IMG/VR virus record: IMGVR_UViG_3300030333_002409
Location: 2,698-66,697 of that record
Strand: one strand, 5' to 3'
DNA from: a virus
DNA length: 64,000 bases
The notes under the pieces are model-generated. The model worked only from the letters and a program-made list of their open reading frames with translations. It was not told the DNA's origin and ran no database searches. Numbering within the stretch: position 1 is the first letter of the stretch; each line of letters starts with the position of its first letter. Shown piece by piece: positions 34,400 to 44,780 of this stretch. The translations under genes and the position numbers were made by a program.

Positions 34400-35980
34400 A
34401 TGGCTAAAAGACCTGAAGATACTATCGCAGATAGGTTTCGAGAAATGGACACCAATCGAGAGGCTAAACTTCAGAGAGCTAGATACGCATCCTCCCTTAC
34501 AATCCCCGCTCTCCTTCCTCCTAGAGGTTCGACAGAGCAGGATCAGGTTGACCAGACCTTCTCATCTGTTTCAGCTAGAGGAGTGACAAGCATGGCAAGC
34601 CGGATATTGGCTGCGATGCTTCCGCTAAATGATGCGCCTTTCTTCTCCTTCTCATCTAAGATGGGAACCGAAATGTCGGTCGAGGTATGGAATTATCTTG
34701 ACTCCCTAAGCTATCAGGTCCATAGAAAGCTGTCATCTAAGAATCTTAGAGAGATAATCTTTCAGGCACTTCAGCATTTAATTGTTTGTGGGGATGTTCT
34801 CATGGTAATGGAGGATGATTATTCCTTCAGAACTATTAGACTCGATCAGTATGTAGTTAAGCGTGATGTGAACGGGGACATAATCGAACTTATTTTTCTA
34901 GAGTTTGTTCCGGAAGATGAAGAATCTGTAGGACACTTTGCTCAGGGCCTTGGACATCAAGGAAGAGCAGGGTATGATACGGTTTACAATCACCTGATTA
35001 AAGAGGATAAGGTCTGGAAAGTTCGAAAAGAAAAGAACGACGAAATCTTTGAGACCGGAGAGTTTACTGTTTGTCCTTTCATCCCTCTTCGATGGAGTGA
35101 GATCGCAGGAGAAAACTATGGTCGATCCCATTGTGAAGATATGATTGGTGATATTGCTACTCTTGAATCTTATACCGAGGCATTGATTGAGGGGATGGCC
35201 GCTGGAAGTGCGTTCTTCCTTTGTGTTGATCCCGCTGGTATTACAGAAATCGATGACATCAATGGTTATCCAAATGGTGCATGGGTCCCTGCAAGACAGC
35301 AAGATTTGTTTGTCATGTCTCCCTCACAAACTATGAATCCTCAGATTCAAGCAGCAGCAACTGCTGTCGAAACCCTTAGAAAAGAAGTGGGAAATGGTTT
35401 CTTGCTTAATAGTTCCGCTATCCCTAGCGGAGATCGAGTCACAGCAACCGCTGTTCGTATGGTTGGACAAGAGCTTGAACAGGTCTTGGGAGGAGCTTTC
35501 TCTGCTATCTCCAGAAATCTCCTAGTTCCTATCGTAGAACGAACAGTCTTTCTTATGTTGGACGAGGGTCTCGTTGATGAGCGATTAGAGCAGCAGTTCA
35601 CAGAAGATGGTTTATTAACTGTTGAAATTGTGACAGGACTTCAATCACTCAGTCGAGACTCCGATCTACAGAAACTTATGCAGATGGGTGAAATGGTACG
35701 TAATCTTCCTGAGCAAGCTATGGCTATGTTTAGATGGGAAGAATACGGACGAGCTCTCATTACCGCTTTAGGATTCGACTCAGGTAATTGGGTGAAGTCT
35801 GAAGAAGAAGTGATGGCACAGCAGAAGAAGCTACAAGAAGAGCAGCAACAGCAGCAGATGCAGCAGGGTATAATGCAGCAAGCACAAGGCATTGCTGGCC
35901 AAGCTGCACAGCAAGACATCCAAGAAACTGGAGGCCAAGGCATTGCTCAAATGGCCCAGCAATTAGGTATTGGAGGATAA
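34400..35980 (+). CDS. Portal / head-tail connector (T7 gp8-like)
   Basis: LTIP, ARGV..MAS, RW....GENYGRS, RVTATAVR...ELEQVLGG. Confidence 0.95.
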   Translation: MAKRPEDTIADRFREMDTNREAKLQRARYASSLTIPALLPPRGSTEQDQVDQTFSSVSARGVTSMASRILAAMLPLNDAPFFSFSSKMGTEMSVEVWNYLDSLSYQVHRKLSSKNLREIIFQALQHLIVCGDVLMVMEDDYSFRTIRLDQYVVKRDVNGDIIELIFLEFVPEDEESVGHFAQGLGHQGRAGYDTVYNHLIKEDKVWKVRKEKNDEIFETGEFTVCPFIPLRWSEIAGENYGRSHCEDMIGDIATLESYTEALIEGMAAGSAFFLCVDPAGITEIDDINGYPNGAWVPARQQDLFVMSPSQTMNPQIQAAATAVETLRKEVGNGFLLNSSAIPSGDRVTATAVRMVGQELEQVLGGAFSAISRNLLVPIVERTVFLMLDEGLVDERLEQQFTEDGLLTVEIVTGLQSLSRDSDLQKLMQMGEMVRNLPEQAMAMFRWEEYGRALITALGFDSGNWVKSEEEVMAQQKKLQEEQQQQQMQQGIMQQAQGIAGQAAQQDIQETGGQGIAQMAQQLGIGG

Positions 35981-35981
35981 C

Positions 35982-36077
35982 ATGCCGTATGGTAAAGGAA
36001 CTTATGGGAGCAAGGTCGGCAGACCCCCTAAGAAAAAGAAAGTTAAAGTTAAGAAGGCTCCCAAGAAAAAGAAGTAG
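35982..36077 (+). CDS. Small basic protein MPYGKGTYGSKVGRPPKKKK...
   Basis: Translated by hand; SD GGAGG. Confidence 0.75.
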   Translation: MPYGKGTYGSKVGRPPKKKKVKVKKAPKKKK

Positions 36078-36088
36078 GAGATATTGAC

Positions 36089-36229
36089 ATGCCGTTAGTA
36101 GGTGGAAGAGAATTTCCCTACACTAAGAAAGGCATCGAAGATGCCAAAGCTTACGCTAAAAGAACCGGCAAGAAGTTGGTTATGAATGAGCGTGATACCC
36201 GTAAGAACCCAAAAAGGAAATACAAGTGA
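36089..36229 (+). CDS. Small basic protein MPLVGGREFPYTKKG...AK
   Basis: Translated by hand; SD AGGAG. Confidence 0.7.
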   Translation: MPLVGGREFPYTKKGIEDAKAYAKRTGKKLVMNERDTRKNPKRKYK

Positions 36230-37161
36230 ACGAACCTATTCAACAAGAAACCGAAACAACGCAATTCAATCTTACGCCCGCTGATCAGCAGCATGAGCAT
36301 GAAAAGCAAGCTTTCGTCCGCCATGTTCAGGACCAAGGAGAACAGATCCCGGAGAATTTTAAGGATGCTGGAGCTTGGTTTGATTCTTTGAAGAATGCTC
36401 AGGCAGCATACACTCAAGGTCAACAGGAAATTGCTAATCTTAAGAAGCAGTATAATGAAAATGGTGTAGAAAATCCAAACTATAATCCAGAAAATACCGA
36501 AGCTACTACTACTCCAGCAGCTGAGGAAGTTCCGGATAACGTGGAATCTCTTCAGATTAATGCTCCTTCAGAAACTGAAGGAAGTCCTGAAGAAACCCAG
36601 CCCTTGATGGAGCCTCCATCAGAGGTAAGTATGGGCGAATGGAATGACTGGGGCAACATCATCGACGCAAGTGGTGGTCAAGTCCCGGATGCGTTAAGAA
36701 ATACCATCAAAGCTCGGCTCAATGTCGACGATAAAATCATTGATGATTATATGAATCAAAGACAGGCAATTCAGCAGCAGAATGTATCCAATGCCGCCAA
36801 CATTGTTGGGGGACAGGACGAGCTTAATAAGATTATGGCTTGGTCTGCTGATAATCTATCAGAAGATGAACGTATTGCAGTCAACGGCCAGCTAGCAGGC
36901 CCGGGCTACAAGACGGCTATCTTAGGGCTTAAAGCCCGATACGAGACTTCGGATAATGTCTCGGCAGCAAGGGGTCGTGAACCCGGTGCTACTCCGAATC
37001 GAACCGCAGCAGTTAATACTTATCAAAGTATTACTCCTTATGCTTCTAATCAGGAGATGTTTGCGGATCAGCGGAATCCTAGATACAAGACAGACGCTAA
37101 GTTTAGAGCTGCTGTTGAGGAAAGGATTCTTGCAACTAATCAGTTCGGTTTTAGAACCTGA
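36226..37161 (+). CDS. Capsid scaffolding protein (T7 gp9-like)
   Basis: Acidic; VGGQDELNKIMAWSADNL; PRYKTDAKFRAAVE; lies between portal and capsid genes. Confidence 0.9.
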   Translation: MNEPIQQETETTQFNLTPADQQHEHEKQAFVRHVQDQGEQIPENFKDAGAWFDSLKNAQAAYTQGQQEIANLKKQYNENGVENPNYNPENTEATTTPAAEEVPDNVESLQINAPSETEGSPEETQPLMEPPSEVSMGEWNDWGNIIDASGGQVPDALRNTIKARLNVDDKIIDDYMNQRQAIQQQNVSNAANIVGGQDELNKIMAWSADNLSEDERIAVNGQLAGPGYKTAILGLKARYETSDNVSAARGREPGATPNRTAAVNTYQSITPYASNQEMFADQRNPRYKTDAKFRAAVEERILATNQFGFRT

Positions 37162-37330
37162 TTAGAGCCACTGGAAACTACTGTTAATACCCCGCTCTCA
37201 GGAGCCTTGGCGAAAAGGCAGTAATCTTTCCAACCTACGTTAGGACTCCACTATCTAGTGGAATAATTCGAAGCAAAGGTTAGGCGATCAATTTTTATTT
37301 ATTTACTCTTAAGATAAAGGAGAAGATGCT

Positions 37331-38578
37331 ATGGCAGTATATAACCATACAAATACTCTTCACTCTGGTCTTACTGGTGTTGATCGTGTAAACCCGACTA
37401 ATGCAGTTAACGTTGACGCGACTTCCTCAAACCTTTGGATGCCTGTATGGGCAGGTGAGGTGCTCAACGCTTACGACCAGTATATTAGTTTCGAACCCCA
37501 TGTTACTCACAGGACTATTGCTAACGGTATGTCCATTAAGTTCCCCTTGACCGGTACGGTCGGACTGAAGCCTCAGTGGGGAGCTGGTGAGGAACTCGCA
37601 GGCGGCGGCGGTCCTTCGACCTCCATCACTGTGTCGCTCGATGACCGTCCGATGGCGGCTCACTTCGAGCTTGACAACCCTGACCTTATGGTTACTCAGT
37701 GGGAGTACCGTTCGGAAATGGCGCGTCAGACGGGCATGACGCTGGCTAACACCAGTGACAAGCAGATCGCTTCGTTGATCGCTCAGGCTGCATGTCAGAT
37801 TGATGCCAACTTCGCGTTGATTAAGAAGGGCGTTCGTCGCCCAGACGCAGACGGTGCTGATACCGATGGTGACGGCGGTCCTCTGGACTCTGGCGACTAC
37901 ACCGGTGGTCAGGTTTATACCGGTGACGGCATTGGCACTGGCAACGGTGGTGACGGAGGCTCGACTGGCACAACCCGTAACTTTGACTACAACAACCTCG
38001 GTCTTTCTTCAGCAGCTGCTGAGGATAGAACGGACGCAGCTCTCGGTCTTCTCGAAGACATCGAGAACTTCTTCGTCCACTTGCAGGAGATCAATGCTCC
38101 TACTGAGGGCGTAGTTTGCTGTGTTTCACCGCAGGCTTTTGCTGACATTCGTTCGCTGAACATCGCTAGAGAAGCTGGTGATTTCTCCAATGGCGGTGGT
38201 CATCCGTTCTTCGGTGGCAGTGCCACGGATATGGGCAACCTCGGTGCTCCTCTGACGGTTGGGATGCACGGCATGAACGACACTCTGATGTATCAGGGTG
38301 CTGTAATCATGAAGAGCAACCACGCTAACTTTAAGACGGACTATACTGATTCCAACTTGCAGACTACTGCGATTGGTGACAAGAAGTATGGTTGCAAGTT
38401 CAGTAAGCTTTGTGCTCTTATTTGGCAGCCTGAAGCTGTCGCCCGTCTTACCCTTCAGGGTATGAAGACTGACTCCGTTGAGGATGTCCGTCGAAACACT
38501 CACTTCACAGTGGCCAGCACCTATAAGGGTGGTGGTACTCTGCGTCCTGAGTGTGCAGGTGTCATGTTGAAGAACTGA
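37331..38578 (+). CDS. Major capsid protein (T7 gp10-like)
   Basis: WAGEVLNAY, RTIANG.S.KFP..G, G.TLA...D, G.GTLRPECA; followed by a strong terminator. Confidence 0.93.
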   Translation: MAVYNHTNTLHSGLTGVDRVNPTNAVNVDATSSNLWMPVWAGEVLNAYDQYISFEPHVTHRTIANGMSIKFPLTGTVGLKPQWGAGEELAGGGGPSTSITVSLDDRPMAAHFELDNPDLMVTQWEYRSEMARQTGMTLANTSDKQIASLIAQAACQIDANFALIKKGVRRPDADGADTDGDGGPLDSGDYTGGQVYTGDGIGTGNGGDGGSTGTTRNFDYNNLGLSSAAAEDRTDAALGLLEDIENFFVHLQEINAPTEGVVCCVSPQAFADIRSLNIAREAGDFSNGGGHPFFGGSATDMGNLGAPLTVGMHGMNDTLMYQGAVIMKSNHANFKTDYTDSNLQTTAIGDKKYGCKFSKLCALIWQPEAVARLTLQGMKTDSVEDVRRNTHFTVASTYKGGGTLRPECAGVMLKN

Positions 38579-38604
38579 TTCTACATAGTGACATACACTT
38601 TGGT

Positions 38605-38638
38605 CCCCTCCCCTTTCGGGGGGAGGGGTACTTTTTTT
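38605..38638 (+). terminator. T-phi-like intrinsic terminator
   Basis: CCCCTCCCCT-TTCG-GGGGGAGGGG followed by T7. Confidence 0.9.
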
Positions 38639-38702
38639 ACGAAGGGAGGTGGTCCGTATATCTACTCACCCCTATTAAGCTAATCTTGAACAAGGAGAAA
38701 TT

Positions 38703-39434
38703 ATGGGAGCTTTACTAAAACAGGATGCAGTAAACCAAATGCTTCTCGCTTCCGGCGAAACTATGGTTAACGATTTAACTACTGATGCTGGGGTTGATAC
38801 CTCAGTGGCCGAGTTTATGTTAGACCAAGTTACGATGGATTGGCAACTTAGGGGCATTGCGGAAAACCAAATAGAATCGTACTACCTTCCCGATTCAGCA
38901 AATAACGATAAGATTGCTTTAAAGCAGGGAACTGCATCAAGTACTAATGGTGCTACTATTTATGCAGAACTTGTCAGCACTCATTGGAGTGACTACGATC
39001 CCAATGGTCGGCCTAGTCAAAAAATCATGGGTATTATTCGCCACGATGGAGCAGGTGCTGGAGGAAACTCTAGCTACCGTCCTATTTTGTACAACATTAC
39101 GGAAGATACCAGTGCTTGGAGAACTCCTCCTAATGGAGGAAGATACCATGTTCTAGAAAGAATCAAGCTTTCGTGGGAAGATCAGAATACTTCTATCCAA
39201 CAGGGAATCACGGCTCAGGCTGCTAGGCAGTATCAGATGCTGACTACTGGCGATGGAGATGTGGATAGAATGTTAGGCATGAGAGAAGAAATGTCTAGGA
39301 TGAGAGCACGAGCAGGGGATATTTCCCATAAGCAGAGAAACATCTTTGTCGGAGGCGATAGAGCTATCAGAAGAGCAGCCGAACGCCATCAATGGGGCGA
39401 TAGATCAAGAGATATTCGGACACTAAACTCATAG
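38703..39434 (+). CDS. Tail tubular protein A / adaptor (gp11-like)
   Basis: DAVNQMLLASGE N-terminus, AARQYQ; position after capsid. Confidence 0.85.
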   Translation: MGALLKQDAVNQMLLASGETMVNDLTTDAGVDTSVAEFMLDQVTMDWQLRGIAENQIESYYLPDSANNDKIALKQGTASSTNGATIYAELVSTHWSDYDPNGRPSQKIMGIIRHDGAGAGGNSSYRPILYNITEDTSAWRTPPNGGRYHVLERIKLSWEDQNTSIQQGITAQAARQYQMLTTGDGDVDRMLGMREEMSRMRARAGDISHKQRNIFVGGDRAIRRAAERHQWGDRSRDIRTLNS

Positions 39435-39443
39435 GAGGTATGA

Positions 39444-42400
39444 ATGGCTACAGTAAGAGTACCGATATTAAATTTGTTTAGCGGTGTGGCAAGACAGCCA
39501 AGCGCTAAGCGACTAACCTCAGAATTACAAGAGGTAGATAACGCAATTCTTACTTTAGAACGCTCAGCTGAAAAGCGTCCTTCCTTAGAGTTTATTCATG
39601 GAGGAAGCTCAGGAGGATTCTTAGGTAGTTGGGTAGCTCATGCCTCCCCTAATTCGAATAACCCGGATTTAGTAGACGATATCGCATACTTCTTCTTCGA
39701 TAAGAGTACAGTTGAAAGATATATTATTATCATCAATCGAGGAGTTGATAGTGGTTCGACAGACTTAATTAAGATATTTAAGTTTAGAGAGTATACAACT
39801 GACGATCTTGAAACTACTACCCCAGATCACTGGCCTCATCTCAACGTTGGTGATATCATCATCGAGGAAGCCTTTGATAGCAATCAATCCCAAACGATTA
39901 CCTTTAGTGATGTCACAACTCCCTATACTAACAACAACCATTACATTCCGGATAGCACTCTTCCTTCTCCGTGGAACACAAAAAGAGTAGACGATATTTG
40001 GGAATATGTTAAATGGAATCCAGAAGGAAAACCAGCCCGAGATTGTCTTAAGGCTACCTTCTTCGGTAGTGCTGTGATGATTCTAAACAATCAGGTTCCT
40101 GCATGTACTTGGACCACAGCAGACCCGGCTTCTCCTTCGGTTCTTCTGAACGGTAAGAAGCTAACATATAGAGTAGCGGCAACCCCTGAGGAGACAGGCG
40201 ACTACGCTATGGGCGGTCCATATAATCCAGACACCGATAGACATGAGCCAGTAGGCGGTCACAGTGCCTCCCATCAAGTAGCCTTATTTGCCGGAGCTGA
40301 TGGTAATGGTACGATTGAGCTTTCTAAATTCTTAGTTAACAATCTTAATAGTAATGATGAACTAGGTATGGTAAATATTACGGGATCTACTTATACTACT
40401 ATTGCTCAGGTTGTCTCAGCGATTAATAGCTGTACAGTTGTAAACGACAGCGATGGAGCTTCACAGGGAAGCTTTGCATCTAACTACGGTACTTTCTATT
40501 TAGACGAAGATTCAGGAAGCTCTACTCCCCCGGGAACCGGCCCCTATACAGGAAAGTTGTGGTTTAAAACAACAAACAATGGTACTGATATCGTCCAATT
40601 CTTTGATGGAAATGGTAGAACATGTACTCACTTAGGTTTAACAGGAACTAACTCTGTATTTGATGCCGCTCGAAAGACGGGTAAGAACATGCAACCCTTT
40701 ATCGCAGCTGCGGCTGGAGACCCCGCAGCCAATACTTGCCCACTCAATTCTTTGGGAGGACCTCCCGATAATGCCGATGAAATAAAAATTACCTCGGGTA
40801 CGACGGAGACTACATGGCAGTTAGAAAATGGTCTAGACGGGGATACCGATACATGGGGAGATGTTCGAGACCATTTAGAATCGGAGACTAGCAATAAGTA
40901 TACCCTTGCGTTGAACTCAGACAGGACTGGTTCTTATATTGTACATGGTTCTAGTCCCCCAGCAGGAGAAGTCTCTGGTACTATTCCGGATAAAGTAGAG
41001 GATGAGACGGGGAATTACGCAAGACGAATGGGTTGGCTATACGACATTGGTATGCATAAGCCGGTTCGAGACGATGTACAAATATCGTCGGATATCTTTG
41101 AAAACGAGCTGGGTCAGAATATCTCTAGCTTTAATGCGATTGAGATTCCCCCAGAAGGCGATGATGTCAACAGAGTCAATGGAGAAGAAGAAGCCATTGA
41201 CTTTCTTTATGGAGGTAACAACGGATTTGGAAAGGTTTGGTATTGCCGAAGTGGATTCCTTACCTTCCCCCAAGGATTCTATCGATGTGTGGACAACAAT
41301 ACTATCCCCCACTATGACAAAGTAAGAACGGAAGACGAGCACTCTGTATTCTATGAGCCTAGTTTTCCTTTCCTAATTGTTAATGGAGGAAATAATACAT
41401 GGAATGTTGAATATCCTAAATGGACTCCCCGAGAAAGCGGGACCGCTAATAACAATCCGGGACCTCAGGCATTTAATATTGGGGATAAGAAAGGTATTAT
41501 TAAAGATATTGCTTTCTGGCGAGAACGTCTTTGGTTTGCTGTGGACGATATGGTCTTTAGCTCACGAAATAACGACTGGTTTGATTTATGGCTAGGAGAC
41601 CCTAATAATATTACCTCGGAAGATCCTATTGATATTCGGGCTTCTTCTGGAAAATACACGCGGATCAATTTCATGATTCCATTTGATGACTTCTTATTTA
41701 TTAATACAGGAGGAGAGACACAATATGAATTACAAGGCTCAAACAATATTATCTCTCCAACTACTGCTGAACTGGCTCCAACGTCATTCTACTCAGCTTC
41801 TGGAATTGTTGAGCCCTTGGTTCTCGGCACTCAGATTTACTGGTTCGATGATGAACGACTGTATCTTTATAACTCTTCAGCTGGAACTTCGGTAAACAAT
41901 ACTACAGAAGTTTCTATTCACGCTAATGGGTATTTACCTAAGAATTATAGATGTGCGTGCGTTGCTCCGGCACAGGACAGTATATTTGTAGTAGATGAAG
42001 ATAACCCCGATCATTTGTATGTCTACACAGCACGATGGGCTGGAGGAGAAATCGCTCAGAACTCGTTCTACCGATATGTTCTTCCTCAGACTATTGTTGA
42101 TAGGCAGATTTCTGGAAGCGAAGGCTGGGAATTAGGTCCTTATTGGAGCCCCACAGACGAAAAGACAACCCTTCCTAAACCAGAAATTGAGTATATCTGG
42201 TACTCAAGAAACTATCTTTACATGATTGTTATACGGCCCGCATACGAGGGTGCGAAAATGCAGAGGTTTATTGAAAGAACCTCCTTACAGTTCTTAGATA
42301 TCAATACCCCCAGATTAGATAGGCTTATGGAAGTAGAGAACAAGTCGGCAGGCGGTACTGAGGGAACTGACGATACATGGTATACAGATCCGAATACCTA

Positions 42401-42995
42401 TTGGCGTTTGCCTTATTGGGATCCGGGAGTTAAAGAGGTTGTCTTAGGTCCTGAGTGGCCGACACAAAGTGGTCAAAGGATTGCAAGCACAGCTACGATT
42501 ACGAATTTAGAAGACGGCACGCTTCCTCTTACTCAGCTCAGAGCGGCTGGAAACTGGGATGCTATCGGCAACAGCCAATACACCTCTTTCTCTGGCAGCA
42601 CTTACACTATGAAGCTTGAGCTCTCTAAGATTAACTATAGAGATCCGAGCTCTGGAGTTCCTGTAGAAGGAACCCTTGCCCTCCGTATGATGAACATCAA
42701 GCACTTTAAGACGGGGGTATATGATATAGAGATAACACGGAACCAGAGAACAGCACTTGGAGCTACTAGCGGACCTACCAGTACTACGACTCACACCCCA
42801 CTTTCTATCAACAACTCTCCTGATGCTTTAGGAGCTTTGCTTGTTGAGGAGGAAGGCGAGTTTACGACTAGAATATTCGGAAATGCAGATACTACTAAGA
42901 TTGCTATTACTTCGGACTATCCTACTCCGGTAGCTATTACTGGAATGGAGTTCATTGGTAAGTTTAAACCCTATAATGCTTCGATTCAATCTTAG
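39444..42995 (+). CDS. Tail tubular protein B / nozzle (gp12-like) with a large insertion
   Basis: NLFSGVARQP, EKRP, F..ERL.F, DPIDI, C-terminal SDYPTPVAITGMEFIG; 1183 aa. Confidence 0.85.
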   Translation: MATVRVPILNLFSGVARQPSAKRLTSELQEVDNAILTLERSAEKRPSLEFIHGGSSGGFLGSWVAHASPNSNNPDLVDDIAYFFFDKSTVERYIIIINRGVDSGSTDLIKIFKFREYTTDDLETTTPDHWPHLNVGDIIIEEAFDSNQSQTITFSDVTTPYTNNNHYIPDSTLPSPWNTKRVDDIWEYVKWNPEGKPARDCLKATFFGSAVMILNNQVPACTWTTADPASPSVLLNGKKLTYRVAATPEETGDYAMGGPYNPDTDRHEPVGGHSASHQVALFAGADGNGTIELSKFLVNNLNSNDELGMVNITGSTYTTIAQVVSAINSCTVVNDSDGASQGSFASNYGTFYLDEDSGSSTPPGTGPYTGKLWFKTTNNGTDIVQFFDGNGRTCTHLGLTGTNSVFDAARKTGKNMQPFIAAAAGDPAANTCPLNSLGGPPDNADEIKITSGTTETTWQLENGLDGDTDTWGDVRDHLESETSNKYTLALNSDRTGSYIVHGSSPPAGEVSGTIPDKVEDETGNYARRMGWLYDIGMHKPVRDDVQISSDIFENELGQNISSFNAIEIPPEGDDVNRVNGEEEAIDFLYGGNNGFGKVWYCRSGFLTFPQGFYRCVDNNTIPHYDKVRTEDEHSVFYEPSFPFLIVNGGNNTWNVEYPKWTPRESGTANNNPGPQAFNIGDKKGIIKDIAFWRERLWFAVDDMVFSSRNNDWFDLWLGDPNNITSEDPIDIRASSGKYTRINFMIPFDDFLFINTGGETQYELQGSNNIISPTTAELAPTSFYSASGIVEPLVLGTQIYWFDDERLYLYNSSAGTSVNNTTEVSIHANGYLPKNYRCACVAPAQDSIFVVDEDNPDHLYVYTARWAGGEIAQNSFYRYVLPQTIVDRQISGSEGWELGPYWSPTDEKTTLPKPEIEYIWYSRNYLYMIVIRPAYEGAKMQRFIERTSLQFLDINTPRLDRLMEVENKSAGGTEGTDDTWYTDPNTYWRLPYWDPGVKEVVLGPEWPTQSGQRIASTATITNLEDGTLPLTQLRAAGNWDAIGNSQYTSFSGSTYTMKLELSKINYRDPSSGVPVEGTLALRMMNIKHFKTGVYDIEITRNQRTALGATSGPTSTTTHTPLSINNSPDALGALLVEEEGEFTTRIFGNADTTKIAITSDYPTPVAITGMEFIGKFKPYNASIQS

Positions 42996-43004
42996 GAGAA
43001 CCTA

Positions 43005-44771
43005 ATGCCATTACCATATAAGATATATACTGGCCAGTCTGGAACAGGACCCTTTTCCTTTGCTGGGATTGACTTCATTACAGGAATTTCTCTCGCTTCC
43101 CAGATTAACGTCTATTTAAATGGGACAAAACTAACTCAGGGTACTGATGGAGCAGGAGCAGACTACCATGTTGGGGAGACAAGCCAAAGTATTACTCTTA
43201 AAAACGCTATCACTGGGACAGATGAACTGGAAATCCGCCGAGAAACAGAGGATTTAACTAGGTTATCTCTCTTCCAAGATGGAGCTAAGCTTTCCGCAGA
43301 GACTTTGAACAAGTCTTTCAACCAGCTTTTCTTCTTGATACAGGAGAAGTCTTTCTACTCCACTTCATTAGAACAGTTTCCCCAGAGCTTGATTAATATT
43401 AACGGGGTCTCTAATAGAGATACCATAACTTGGGAGGCTGCACAAGGCAAGTTTGTTCCGGGTCAGCTAAATATTGGGATAGATGAACTCAATGATGTAG
43501 TCGTATCTTCAACACCTCCAACTAACGATGTGTTAACGTGGACAGGAACAAGCTGGACCCCCTCCACTAACGTTTCTTTCGACGTAGGGGGAAACCATAC
43601 CTTTTCGGGCTCATGTTCTTTTACTAGCCCCCTCACAGTCGCGGTCGGGACAGCGGACGGACATGCGGTTAATCGAGGACAGCTAGATTCTATTATGAAT
43701 AGCCATGCCAACACCTACACACAGGGGTTAGTACAGCGTATCGAGCAGCTCGAAAAAACTAAGTCTATTGTTTTGGGAAGAGGAAGATACTACAATACAC
43801 AGGGAGATTATCATTGTAAACTAGAACCCGGAATTACGGGGACTACGTATCCAGTGTTCGATACTTCAGCTGCTCAAGCAGATTGGGAAAATATATACAA
43901 TCTTAATTGTCGAGCGGCTTATTACTTATACAGTAACTGCGATAATCACGTTCAAGGTGGCTCATTTATCAGTACAGCATGGCTCGATCACACTGCTTGG
44001 GACATATTCTCATGGGATTTTTCTTTTGAAGATACCTTAGTTGTCGATGACAAGAGCCGAGCCAATGTAAACTCCCATCAGTATCAAGTAATTGTTAATA
44101 TCGATGGGGAGTCCGATGATTTTGAAACCTCGACCCGTAACTTTAGTGGTAATTATAGTAGGTATGTAAAAACCTTTGCCGATGATAATTTACAGGATCA
44201 CGGTGAGTACGGATTCGGAACACAGAGCTCAGGCTTTAACCCCACGGCTTCTTTTAAAAAAGGAAACTGGCCTTTTTACCGAGATCTTCATATCTATGCC
44301 GGAGGTTCCGACAATCAGCCCCCAATGAGAACATGGAATGCGGACTCTAACAATGAGGGAAACGTGAGTGTAGGCGGGAGTGCGACTCGGTGGGGGGAAC
44401 AGCATTATGGACTCAATAAAGATTACTACACTAATCGAGCAACCAACCTCGGGTACATAGAGAGTCAGCTTTTCGGAATGTCAATGATGACAGAGCCAAT
44501 GACAATGTTCGGAGTCTTTAACAAAGACGATACAGGATTTACTATCATGTATGCTATTAAGCGTCCTTTGGTATGGTATGCTGCACCTGAAATTGGAAGC
44601 AGCCTCGGGAATCAAACTCCCAACTCTGCGTTTGGTTGGGAGCCAAGGGCATACATGTACAGACACACAAGCGCCCAATCTTGGAACGATGGGACTTACG
44701 ATAATAATGTACAATACGGCGGTCATCCGCTTCTTGAAGATTTTAATTTCAACGTAACAGTACTTCAGTAG
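43005..44771 (+). CDS. Tail fibre 1 (T7 gp17-like N-terminal adaptor)
   Basis: IRRET...FQDGAKLSAETLN..FNQLFFLIQE; IDELNDV; AVNRGQLD. Confidence 0.85.
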   Translation: MPLPYKIYTGQSGTGPFSFAGIDFITGISLASQINVYLNGTKLTQGTDGAGADYHVGETSQSITLKNAITGTDELEIRRETEDLTRLSLFQDGAKLSAETLNKSFNQLFFLIQEKSFYSTSLEQFPQSLININGVSNRDTITWEAAQGKFVPGQLNIGIDELNDVVVSSTPPTNDVLTWTGTSWTPSTNVSFDVGGNHTFSGSCSFTSPLTVAVGTADGHAVNRGQLDSIMNSHANTYTQGLVQRIEQLEKTKSIVLGRGRYYNTQGDYHCKLEPGITGTTYPVFDTSAAQADWENIYNLNCRAAYYLYSNCDNHVQGGSFISTAWLDHTAWDIFSWDFSFEDTLVVDDKSRANVNSHQYQVIVNIDGESDDFETSTRNFSGNYSRYVKTFADDNLQDHGEYGFGTQSSGFNPTASFKKGNWPFYRDLHIYAGGSDNQPPMRTWNADSNNEGNVSVGGSATRWGEQHYGLNKDYYTNRATNLGYIESQLFGMSMMTEPMTMFGVFNKDDTGFTIMYAIKRPLVWYAAPEIGSSLGNQTPNSAFGWEPRAYMYRHTSAQSWNDGTYDNNVQYGGHPLLEDFNFNVTVLQ

Positions 44772-44780
44772 GAGAAATAG

